This document shows, in pieces, positions 13,701 to 26,100 of a stretch of DNA of 64,000 bases; position 1 is the stretch's first letter; each line of letters opens with the position of its first letter. Location of the stretch: NCBI GenBank assembly GCA_964016885.1, contig OZ024740.1:72354001-72418000 (forward strand), given 5' to 3'. The stretch comes from Eledone cirrhosa (taxonomy: Eukaryota). Made by a program: the position numbers and the translations under genes. The notes under the pieces were generated by a model. It ran no database searches. It was not told the DNA's origin and worked only from the letters and a program-made list of their open reading frames with translations.

Positions 13701-16315
13701 TTTATCTAAACCATACAGCTGCGTCATAATTTTATCTAAACTACAGTCATACCTGTCAAATTGTTTTATCTAGACTACACAACCATACCTGTGTGGTTTA
13801 GACATCTACTCCACCTAACACAATTATTTTGTCACCAACTATGTACATATTTCATATAATCAATGTAATCAATATAATTAATTATGCTGTTTGTTTATTC
13901 TGCTAGATTATTATATTATTCTCCTGATGCTGACTCCTACCACGTTCCAGATGACTTCATCACTGTTGGTTTTGTAGCTGCAGCTATATATCCTGAAGAC
14001 CGGAATTGGCACAGAGTTTATATTACAAAAGTACCAAATATATCCTTTGTTGAGGTAGCTATTTTTATACATTGACTTGTATATTTATTTTTTTATTTTT
14101 AAACAATAACAAAACAACTTTGAATTATCATTTAATGCCTGATTTTCCATGCTTTACACAAGTTAGACAAAGCTGGAAGCATATCTCGGTTTCCTGGGCA
14201 TTAAGTGACTGAAATTACAAGACTTAACCCATAATAGGACATCAGTCTGTCACAGAGCTAACCCCAAGCTATCACTGGTTATTTATTTTCTAAGTGAACT
14301 GGAGCAATGTATAGTGAAGTGTTTTGCTCAAAGACACAGTAACATTTTTATTTGAGTTAACTAGAGCATGTAGTGAAGTGGCTTGCTCAATGGCAGTAAC
14401 TTTTTTATCTAAGTGAACTGGAGCAATGTAGTGAAGTACCTTGCTCAAGGACTGCAATATTTTTATCTGAGTAAACTGGAGCAAGGCTACAACACATCAG
14501 CCAGTTTGAGAATTCAGCCTAACATCATAACCACTAAGCCATACCTAAACAAAAATTAAATTTAATAAAAAGATTCCTTAAATCAAATAGTTCTCATTTG
14601 GTCCCTTTAATATTTTGGTTGATCATCTCCTTAGCCCCATTGACCCTTAAACCTTTTGCTACAAAGCTACCTGAGACTGCCCCTGATTCTATGGAGCAAA
14701 ATTGTTTATAACTCCAACCATTTTTCAGAATGTACTGGATACATATTATTGTGGTCCCAACACTAGTGAGTTTGTCTTGAATCTTGTAAGACTAAGGGGA
14801 TACTCCCCACCAAACATTGTCCCTCTTTATTCAAGACAGGTTTAATTTCTGTTTAAAATACAGTTTTGTGTATTTCATCCTATGATGATCTCTGTGGTTC
14901 AGCAACTTTACCTCACATACATAATTTATTACATTAATTATGACTAATTATATTTTGGGCTTGAATCTTTCACATTATTTTATTAATTCAATATTCTTTT
15001 AACCTTTCTGATCCCAAACTACCTGAAACCACTCCTTATACAAAGGTGTTTGTTTTAGAATGATTATAGTTATCTAAAAAAAACTTTCATAATTTTATGT
15101 AAGAACTTTTAACACTTTAGCTTTTACATTACTTTATATTTACTATATATTTTCATGGTAAAGGCTTTCTCATATAATTATCTCACATAATGCCGAATCT
15201 ATGAGATTTGTATATTATTTATTTTGTGAGTAATACCCTAACATCAGTATGAGTGGCCAGTTTGAACAGAAAGAGGTGGGAGAATTTTGGCCGGATGTGG
15301 CTGGTTTAAATGCTAAAGGGCTAACTTATGTCCCAAACACCAGATAAATGAGAAAGTTGTATTAATAAATCCTTGATTATTCTCAAAATTGTTTAAAAAT
15401 CATAGGCAATGTATTAGAACCTTTGTTATATCTCAAACACCAGATTAATAATGAGAAACTAAGTTATATTACTAAATCCCTCCAAATTATTGATTATTTT
15501 CAAAACTTGTTTAAAAATCACAGGCTGTGTATTTTGTTAGAAATATATTGATAGCTTTGAAACTTTTGTGTCTACCAAATTTTCTAAATTATTGTAACCT
15601 GTTCAATTTTATTGGTTTATAGGTGTATTTTGTTGATTATGGCAATACCTGCACAGTATCTCGCAACTCTTTACGCTTACTTCGGTATGTTGGAATATTT
15701 TTTAACAATTCTTTTTAGTTTTTATTTCCCCATTGGCATTTCATTGAAAGGTTTCTGATTTAAAATTTTAAATATTTTACAAGCACTGTGTGTGAAGCTC
15801 GAACTTTTGAGCTTACAAAGCACTGAGAGAATAAAGTTTATAGAAAATGTATGCACAGATGCAGAAAATAACTGTAAATACAGTCAGTTGTTATAAATAG
15901 GGTAAAGACCCATTAGAGATGCTAGCAACTTTTTCCATCTATAAAGGGTTTTTACTCTATTTCATAGCAACTGACCCTACTTAGTTATTTTCTGTGTCTT
16001 GACGTCCTACATTTTCTATAAATTTTAAATATTTTCTTTTACAGTAACCATTTCTTAAGTCTACCAATGCAAGCAATAGAAGGAAGATTAGCAAATGTGA
16101 AACCAATTAATGAGGTAATTTATTTAAGAATTTTTATTATTGTTTTATGTCCATGTTTCCATGCAGGCATAAGTTATCTCAGTCAGTACATTTTAATCTT
16201 GAAATATATCTTATCTTTAAACCTTGAAATATGCCAATGTTTTTTCCTTACAAGACAACTGTGCCAATCTAGAAAGAATTGCAAAGTTCTTCAAGAATTT
16301 TTTTCTTTGAAATTT

Positions 16316-16351
<36 letters not shown>

Positions 16352-19300
16352 GAATTTTAAATAACACTCATGCTGGTGCTATGAAAAATGCACCCAAGAC
16401 ACTCTGTATGGTAGTTAGCGATAAGAAGAGCATCATGCTGTAGACACCATGCCAAAAGGGTCAATCAGGCTTAGGCTGTGTTAGAGGCATGATAACCTCT
16501 TTATTGTTGGTGATTTACATGATAAACACATACAGTAGACTTTGTAAAGTGGTTGGTGATATGAATCAGCTGAAGAAAGCTTGCCAAACAAAGAGTCAAG
16601 AGGTCTCTTCGGCTGTATAAATGATATAACAACTTCCCTGGTCATGGTGCCATGATAAATTGCACTTGGTAGAGTTTGGGATTGTATGTCAAGTCGCTAG
16701 CTCATCTGGAAATCAGTCACTCTGCTTACATACTGACCAGTCTGTGTTGACCCGTCCAACCCTTGCTAGCAGAGTAAAAGGATGCTAAATGATGATGATG
16801 TCTTATTCTTCTTGTCTATTGTAAAAATAGGTCGGCCTTCTTCAGTATAGAAGCATCACTGGTTTCCAAAGGGCTAAACAGTTAATTTTAATATTTCAGT
16901 ATCTCTATTTTATACTGTGTTTGTCTATGTATATAACAAATATTTTAAAGCCATTTTTGCATGGCAAGCTTCTTACTTCTCATGAGGTCTGTTTTGAGGC
17001 AATGTTTTAGAGTAAGATAACCTTTATGGCATCAACCCTTTTAGCTGCTTCTTACGACCTACAGGGATATAGTGTACCTATTCTAAACTAGACACACATA
17101 TGTGTATTGAAATAATAGGCATAAAATATGATAGATATTCACCTTTCATTATTTGTTTTGACCTCAGTAGTTGATACCATTTAAACTTATTGTTTTTGTT
17201 TCAATGTTACTTTTAATATATTTCCTTAGAAATGGACCACAAAAGCCAGAAACCGTATGTTGTCTCTCTGTTTCAATAAACCACTAATTGCTCTCGTTAC
17301 ACAAGTGAAGGTAGGTTTTAATTATTATTTTAATATTTATTCAACCTATATGATCCCAAACCACCTGAAACTGCTCCTAGTTCTATGATAGAAAACTTTA
17401 TTTTAAAGTGTTAATATATTTCTAAAAACCTTCCATCATAATTTTATGTAAATACCTTTGTGTTCCAAACATCAAATAAATAATGCAAAAGTTACTTATA
17501 TTAATACAGTCCTTTAATTATTATTTTCAAAATCCTTTGAAAACCATAGGCAGTGTCTTTCATTAGAAATATAGTAGTGAAAGGACTGAAGTTATCTCTT
17601 TGAAATATTTAAGTAGATATATTTTTGTTTGTCTACATACTTCTGTAACTCATCTTATTTTTACACTTCTTTACTGCTGGATATGATAAAGGGACCCATT
17701 TTTGTTAAGGGCAGCAGTGAGTGTAGAATAACCCCTAAGCATCCAACTTTAATGCAATTCTTTGTTTTTTATTTGTTTCTCTAGGATCGAGTAATATCTG
17801 TTTGCCTGACTGATACCTCAGACAGCAAAATTGACATTCATGTTAACGATGTCCTTGTTACTGAGAAATACTGTATATTTTACCCTGATGACTATGACAC
17901 AGACTTAGAAGTAAGAAGAAACATATTTACACTTCATTCTTACATTGTTTCACATTTTCAGCAGCTAGCAGCTCTCTTTACTCTAATGGATAACTCTACT
18001 TCATGATCATCATATGTCTGTTTTCTCTGTTAGCAAGGGTTGGATGTCACAGCCTGCTTAGTACTTGAGCTGAGCCTCTGATCTCCAGCTAGACCAGGGG
18101 CTAGACATACAATCCCACACTCTAACAAGTGTATTTTATCATGGCATCAACTCTAGAGAAGTTATCAAGAGTCTTCCCAACCCTTTGTTTGGCAGGTTTT
18201 CTACTGTTGGATACTCTTCCTATCACCTGGGTGATTGTTTATCATGTAAATCACCAGCACTAGAGAGGTTGTCATGTCTATGACACAACTGAAGAATCCT
18301 CCAAACTCTTTGTTTGGTAAGTTTTCTATGGCTGGATGCCTTTCCTATCACAAACCACTTTACAAATTGTACTGGGTGCATTTATCATGGTACTATCACT
18401 AGAGAGGTTGTTGTTGGTGACTCAATTGAAAAACTCTCATTACATTATAAATGTAGGTGGGATGTTTCCATATCTGGAGGGATTTGACAGGATAAGGGGT
18501 GGTGAGTGGGAGATAAGACCTCCAGCAGTGTGATACCTATTTATTAATGTTTCTAGGAATTTATAGAGCTGACCATATATAATACATTTCAAAGGTGATA
18601 TAAAATGGTGCAGACCAGTGGTCCCCAAAGTAGTTGATACTCACCCTCATGGTTTGATGGGACTACACGGGGAGTTTGATTGAGCTTTTAGGCCATAACC
18701 CAATATTGGTATAAATGAAAATACAACTAACTTATACAGGTTTCTGATTTATATATAATTAGTCTTTATTTTATATTCTGTTTGCTGGTTTGTTTATTTA
18801 CATATTTTTGTACATACTTGGAGTTGGTGAGGGATCAAGAATCCATGAAGGGGTCATGGTCTAAAGTATTTGGGGATCCCTGCTGTAGAGTGCGTGTCTT
18901 ACAATTATGGAAAAATAGATATTCTGATCGGGTAGGTCTCAAAAACACTTGTTTTGTTTTCGTTTTTTGTTTATTGGTTTTAATAATTGATTAATTTATC
19001 AATTCCTTGGTTTTTGGGGGGTTTTTTTCTTTGCTACTTTTGAAAGTTGGAAATTATAATTTTCTGTTTTTATCCTTGAAAAAGTGACATCCACAAATTT
19101 ATTTTAGTGCAATTTTATTTCTTTATATAAAAAGAAAACTTAGTTGTCTAGTTTATATGAAACATTGTGAAATATGTGGTTAGGGTTGGTTTAGGAGAGC
19201 AAGTACAATGTAAGTTAGAAATACAGGAGTGAAAATCAGAGTAAGGCAGATTAAACAAGACTACAATTGATATTTTTACCTTATATTTAATGAGAAGAGA

Positions 19301-22300
19301 TCAGTTTATTACTATTGCATTCCATTCCATTTCTTTTAAAAAAATAGTCTTGAAATATAAGGTAAAATTGAAATATTTTAAAACTATGTTGTGAGATATA
19401 TTGCTAGTAAGTATCTTGATTAACTCAGTTACAGTATTAAGACAAGAAATTACACAACAGTGACCAATTCTTAACAAAATTATGAGAAACTCACTGAAAA
19501 TATTTGACCACATCAAATGCTAAATTTGAGGTCTCTATAATCTGCCTCATATAGTAGAGAAACCAGATACTAAATGGTCTCAATGTTGGTCATGGACAGA
19601 ACTCAATCCAACAACAGTACAGAGATTTCCCTGAAATCTGTCTGGAAGGTATGACACCTAGGAAGAGAAACCAAAGATTCCTAAATGGTGGTTTCAATGA
19701 CAGTCATAGATAGAACTCAATTCAACAACAGCAAATAGAGATATAAAGGAAATATATGTGTTTATGGACAGAAATAACGATTTAAACCAACTGTGTCCGG
19801 CCAGAATTCTCCCACCTCATTCTGTTTGAAGCAGCTATAACTGGCTGCTTATACTTATGTTATGGTATTGTTCTCAAAATAAATATGAAAATCTCATATA
19901 TTCGATTAGCATGAAAATATAATAGTATAGAGTAATGTAAATGCTAAAGGGTTAAATAATTAATATATGGTAAAAGTGTAAATTATTGTGTTGGTTATCT
20001 TACTCTACACTAGGTTTCATTTCTTTATATCTAGCTTGCATTATACTTGTCTGGTTTTTCTAAAACAATCCTAATCTTAAAGAAAAAGAGAAACATCTCT
20101 CTTTGTAATTTGTCCTTGCCATCAATCAGATTTGCTGTAAAACTAACAATTTGCACATATTTCTGTTGATGGTGATTGTTACATTTTAGAAATGCCGTAT
20201 GCCAGAAGGCACAAGTAACAGAACGTCATCAAATATTAACATAGGCTATCAACTTGAGTCAGTTCTTCCTCAGCAAACCCCTGAATGGTTTCCGCATACA
20301 GTCTACATACAGTCTTTGCTTACACTGGTGAGTTAGTTCAGTGTTAGCTCTCTCAGTCAAGCTATCTATCCTGTGTCTCTAGTTCTTTGCTATTTCTTGA
20401 CCATAACGGGAAAGAAATTGCTGCTATTTTATTTATTCATTTATTTGTAACCTGGTTATCCCGCAAGCTTTCTTAGTCCTTTGTTGTCCTTTCCCTATTA
20501 CATCATCAAGAAGACATTTTCTCTTAGTCTGCTATAATAGATTTTATTAAGTAACAGTTGTAATTTTAGATTTCTTTATAAATAATATTCCTCATAAGAA
20601 AACAAGACAAGAGTGAGAAAGTGTTTTATGCATTTTAACTGTCGTATATTTGTTTTTATTTTGGATTTCAGTATTTTTTATATATTCTTTGCTGATTCTG
20701 TTCTGGTATAGCAATTCTGGCTTGCTCTCTTTCTCTCTCTTGCTCTCTTTCTCTCTATCTCTCCTCTCTCTCTCTCTCTTAAATGTTCTTTCTTTTGCAT
20801 TAGTTTTCATGATCTAATTGTGTCTGCATGGGAAATATTTATTCAGCAATGTTTGGTTTGAAATTTATATAAATTTACTTTGAGAATTATGATTCTAGAA
20901 ACATAATTTGTATTCTTTATTATTCTAAATTATAAACTGAAATCTCTGGGTTTCTATCCATTTTGTAGTACAAATTACCATATTTTTTTAGGTGAGAAAT
21001 TTTGAACTAAATTTGGTGGGTTATACACAAGTACATGTTTTCAAAATGTTTATTGAGTTTAAAAACACTCAATTAATAGATCATCATCATCTTCCACCAC
21101 GCTAGCATAGGTTAGACGGGAGTTGTCCCACTTGAGGCAAGGTTGGTTGGGTGACCGTGTCTCGCTCATATAGGACTACCTGGCAGGTTTCCTACGGCTG
21201 GATGCTCTTCCTAACACCAACCACATTTACAGTGTGGAACTGGGAACTTTTTACCATGTTACCTACACGGCCACATTACAGCATGACTGTGTTTTTTTTT
21301 GTCATGACACCTACACAATCTCGATATCATTATCTCATTTATTTGGACTGGATGTTGTGGTACCAACTTTACAGAGAGAGGGTGGAGTTGGTGGGAGTGG
21401 GAGGATAGCGTAGGGGTAGTGGATTGGGGTGTATATTTGGTTAAGAGGTGCCTACTGACTGTAGGTTTCGCTTTGTACATAGGCAAGGCAGGTCTTCTGT
21501 ATTACTGCGTAGCGCCAAAGATCTTGGTCCAGTGACATTGTCTTAGAGAGGTGCAAGTGTGTAAGGTCGGAATTTATCAAATCGTCCCCGGTTTTTCTGG
21601 GTCTACCTACTCCGTAACGTCCATCAATTTTGATCGCCTGCCACTTTTTTATACAGCTATTAAAATCATATCAAACAGAAGGTGATCGCCAACATGCACT
21701 TGATATGTTTGATGCCAAGTGCTGCACGGTTGGAATGAAAATTAGTGCGGTGAAGGCTGAGATACTCCTCCTTACAGTGCTTTCTAAATGTGAGTGGAGT
21801 TTCACTGAAGAAGGTGGAGAAGTTCAAGTGATTAAAGGCAGGAGGCTGAATTAAGTGCAAGAATTGCAGAAGCTAATGCAGTAATGCACTAGTTTCAGCA
21901 CTCAATCATCAGAAATAGGGAAGTAGGTGTAAAAACCAAACCTGTGCTAACCCTTATCTATGATCATGAATCTTAGGTAATGACTGAAAGAATACGATTG
22001 TGAATACAAGCGGACGAAATGGGATTCCTGTGAAGGGTCTTTAGAGTAATGTTATTTGATAGTGTATAGCTCCAGCTAGAGTCTCTGCTTCTCCAATTGA
22101 GAGGTCACAGCTCCGATATTACAGGTATGTGGTTAGAATGTCTCAGGAAAGAATCGATGGACAGATTTTATGGGCAAAACCAACTGGCAGTAGACCCTGA
22201 GCAAGATGGTTGGATAACACCCATGAGCTCTGCTGGTCTCACTTGGGAATCCAGCCAAATCAATTGGAGACATTTGGACTTGCTGGAATGTGTGTTTGCT

Positions 22301-23156
22301 CCCACAACCCTCTCACTTGTTTTGAAACAGGAAGTTCACTTCTACACAAATTGCTAAACATCGTGTTGTTTTACATTCTCTAACATTATGAGAAACTAAA
22401 TATTGTAAAGAAATATGTGTGAGATCGAGATTTTGATGAATAACGTGGTATATATTGTATGAACCCATAATTCCTGATGGAGTCATAGAGGTGCCATAGT
22501 GACATACAGCATTTCTTCTTGGATGGTATTGCAGGATTTATTTGTTTATTCTCCAGACTTAGAGATAATCTTTGGTTTAGCAATACATCTTTTACTAAAT
22601 CTTGAAACTGGCTTCTTGAAACATCATTTTATATCAATATTTTTACCATTCCTCCTCTACCATTAGTTAGAATCTTAACTGTTGTTTTGTTGTGTTAAAC
22701 ATCATTAAGTTGTATACACACACATACATTACCTGTAGCTGTTAAATTATATACACACAATTTCCTGTAGCTGCTCTGTTCTGTTAAACATCATTGTTAT
22801 ATTATCATCATCATCACCGTTTTACATCCATTCTTCCATGCTAGCATGGGTTAGATGGGTTGTCCTGTTGTAGGCAGTGTCCAGTCGGCTGACCTTGTCT
22901 TGCTCATACGGGAACTGATTCTGGCTTGATTTCTACAGCTGGGTGCTTTTTTGCCATGGCACCTCCACGACCACTTTGCAGTGGAATGATAGGGACCCCA
23001 GTCCTATCATCTCATTTCTACAGCTGAGTAAACTGGAGCAATGTGAAATAAAGTGTCTTGCTCAAGGAAACAACACATCACCTGGTCTGAGAATTGAACT
23101 CACAACCTTTTGATTGCAAGCCCAATGCTCTAATCACTAAGCCATGTGCCTTCATG

Positions 23157-23194
<38 letters not shown>

Positions 23195-26100
23195 CATTAT
23201 CTGTAGCTGCTGTCTTGTGTGTTAAACACCATTTCCTGTTAAGTTGTGTGTGTGTGTATATATACACACACACACACAACTTATATATGTATAAATATAT
23301 ACCAATGCATTATCTTGTATCTGAGAAGATTTCTGTGTAAATGAGTTATAAAATTATTTATTACATTTTGATATGAAACCATTAGTGTACTATGATTTAT
23401 AAGATAATTTATGCAGAATATTATGCTTTCAACTCGGTGGTTTTTCATTGTAAATGTTGCTTGAAACTGAATGTTGTTTATCTCAGCAAGATCTATTGAA
23501 ACAAATTTTTAATTCCTACAAACTGAAAAAGTGTGTTTTTTAACACAAAAAAAATCCAATGAACTTCTTAGTTGTTGCTTTTTTTCTCTCTCTATGTATT
23601 TTTTTATTGGCATGAGAGGAAGTTTACAAACATTTACTGTTGCCAAGAAATATTTTAGATTCACAGAGTTGGGGCCTGATGGCTGAGCTCTTGCTGTTTC
23701 AACAGCATATTCCAAACTGTTGAAATGCCAAGAGCTCAGCTGTCAGGACCCAATTCTTTACTATATTTACATTCTACTATCCCAAGTATCGAATACTCTG
23801 CTGAATAATGGTCTTATTAGATTTTAAAATATATACCGAGAGAGAGCGAGGTAGGCTTGCTGAACAAAAGCTGAAACTGCTTGGCATCGCGGTCCAGTTT
23901 AAACTTTCTCTATACTCACTTTACATCTTCCCATGATTTGTGGTTACTGCTCCATTGACTCTCTCTCTGTATATATATATATATATAAATGTGTGTGTGT
24001 GTGTGTGTATGCATCATCATTTAACATCACATTAAGACAAGTCATGTCTTGTTCATACAGAACTGTTTCTGGCTTGGTTTCTATGGCTGGATGCTCTTCC
24101 TAATACCAGCCAATTACATGGACAGTGTGTTATCATGGCACCAAAACAGCCATCTGAGTGCTTTTTTGTTGTCACCAGCATGACCACCCATATATATATA
24201 TATAAATCAGGATGAATTTAGTTTGAAATTAGTTAGACCATTACTCAACACAGTACTCGATACATATGGTTATATTATAAAGAGTTGGGACCCGATGGCT
24301 GAGCTCTTGGGTTCCGATTCTTTATTATATATATATATATAGAGAGACTTAAACAATTCAGGTAGATGATTAAATATAATTTCATGAGACTATAGTAGTT
24401 ATATCATAAAGCTGATATTTCAAATCTTACTGCCAACAATGTGTTCTATCTTTTATAGTTAAGTAGCTGTTGTCATTAGGAAAGGAAAACTATGCTGTTA
24501 ACAGCTCTCACTACTTGGCAGATATTTGTTCTCAATACTGGATTCTCTTCAGTGACTGTAGGGTGGTCACTCCAACTTTGATGTTTGTGATTGCCTTTTA
24601 TGTTTTACATCAAGGAAATAACAACCTCCCTAGAGCTGGTGTCATGATAAAATGCACCCAGTACACTCTATAAAATGGTTGTTATTAGGAAAGGCATTTA
24701 ACTGTAGAAACTATGCCAAAGGGGTTGAGATGATTCTTCAGTTATCAGTTATGTGATAATCATAAAGTGGTAGTGTTGGTGCCATGATAAAATGCACCCA
24801 GTACAATCTGTAATTAGTTGGTGTTTGGGAGGTCTGTAATGACTTGTTCAACCTATGCTGGCATGGAAAAGCAATTGTAAAATGGTGTTGTGGCTTTGCT
24901 TATTTAAGAATGTATCTATTTTAACCATTTTGTTTTATCAAATGTTTTCCTGTGACTAAAACGACTACACTAACTGCCCCCATCTCACACACACATTCTC
25001 ATATTTTTAATATTTTGTCTTTAATGCAACTGAATTAAATTATTTTCAGTTATTTCAGACTTCACCAAAACCTGAAATTTCTGGTATTACTCAAGAAAAT
25101 ATTTTTACTGACATTACCAAAGGTTCCTCAAGTCAACATGACAGCTCTAGTCACAAGAATTATTCACCAATAACACAGATTGATCACCCCAAAACTTCAA
25201 ATAGTAATGTAAATAGTACAAAAGGTATACTTTCTGTATTATTTTTTTTGATTTGAAATGCATGTAAAAATGCTCACCTTTTTCATCATCATAGTTTTTC
25301 ATGTTTTTTTTTCCCATGCTTGTATGAGTTGGGCACGTCTTTTCCAGTACAGCATCCCTCATCTAGTTGCAGTCTTTGACATTTCTTCTGTGGGCTTCAG
25401 CAAATTTTAGACCAACTCTCACTACATCTGCTCAGATCTTCCTTGGTCTTCATCAACTGCAGCTTCCTTCCACTGGAATTACTTGGCACTTCTTCACCCA
25501 ACAATCATCATCCATATGCATCACATCTCCATACCAGTGCAGTCTTCTCTCCTGTATACATCTGGGAAAAATGAGAAAGTTATTTTACCAAATCATTCTA
25601 AATTCTCGATTATTTTCGAAATGATTTGAAAATCATAGGCGGTCTTTCATTAGAAATAAGGTAATGAGGTAATGAAAGGGTTACAACATGAGGCAAAGTT
25701 AATCTAAAATAAATTTTACTTTCAATTAATGTTATAAAATTAAAATATATATTTTTAACCTCATTCCATTGGTACTGTGAATTTTCTGTCCCATGTAGTA
25801 TGTCTGGAGTTTGCTATATATATAAGTTGTGTTTTAAGTCTTAATGTCCTGTACCACATGAAACCACATTAGCAAAACATTAGTCTTTACTTTAGTCTAC
25901 TGCAGTTTTTTTCACAATGATCTGTCTAAAGCAGGGGTTGGCCTTGAGATCCTCATTAAAGTCATGTACTCTGTTGCTGAACTCCATCAAAATTGAGAAG
26001 ATAACATCTTTGTTAATGAACCTTTTGACTAGCGACAGTGAGGAGGAGAGAGAGAGTAGCATAGCTATAAATATTTTGAAAATTAAGATATGCTCTAAAT

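Noticed and set aside
13195-13790. CRISPR-like ~30-bp periodicity
   Set aside because: Head-to-tail units with no unique spacers, in a eukaryotic intron with no cas genes; a minisatellite.
1603-17910. Assignment as TDRD7
   Set aside because: TDRD7 has several Tudor domains after its LOTUS domains; only one eTudor was found, with TDRD5-like flanking motifs.
19555-19740. Two ~110-bp direct repeats (aacca.agat.ctaaatgg...agaactcaat.caacaacag)
   Set aside because: A short local duplication with no ORF, splice signals or structure that I could support.
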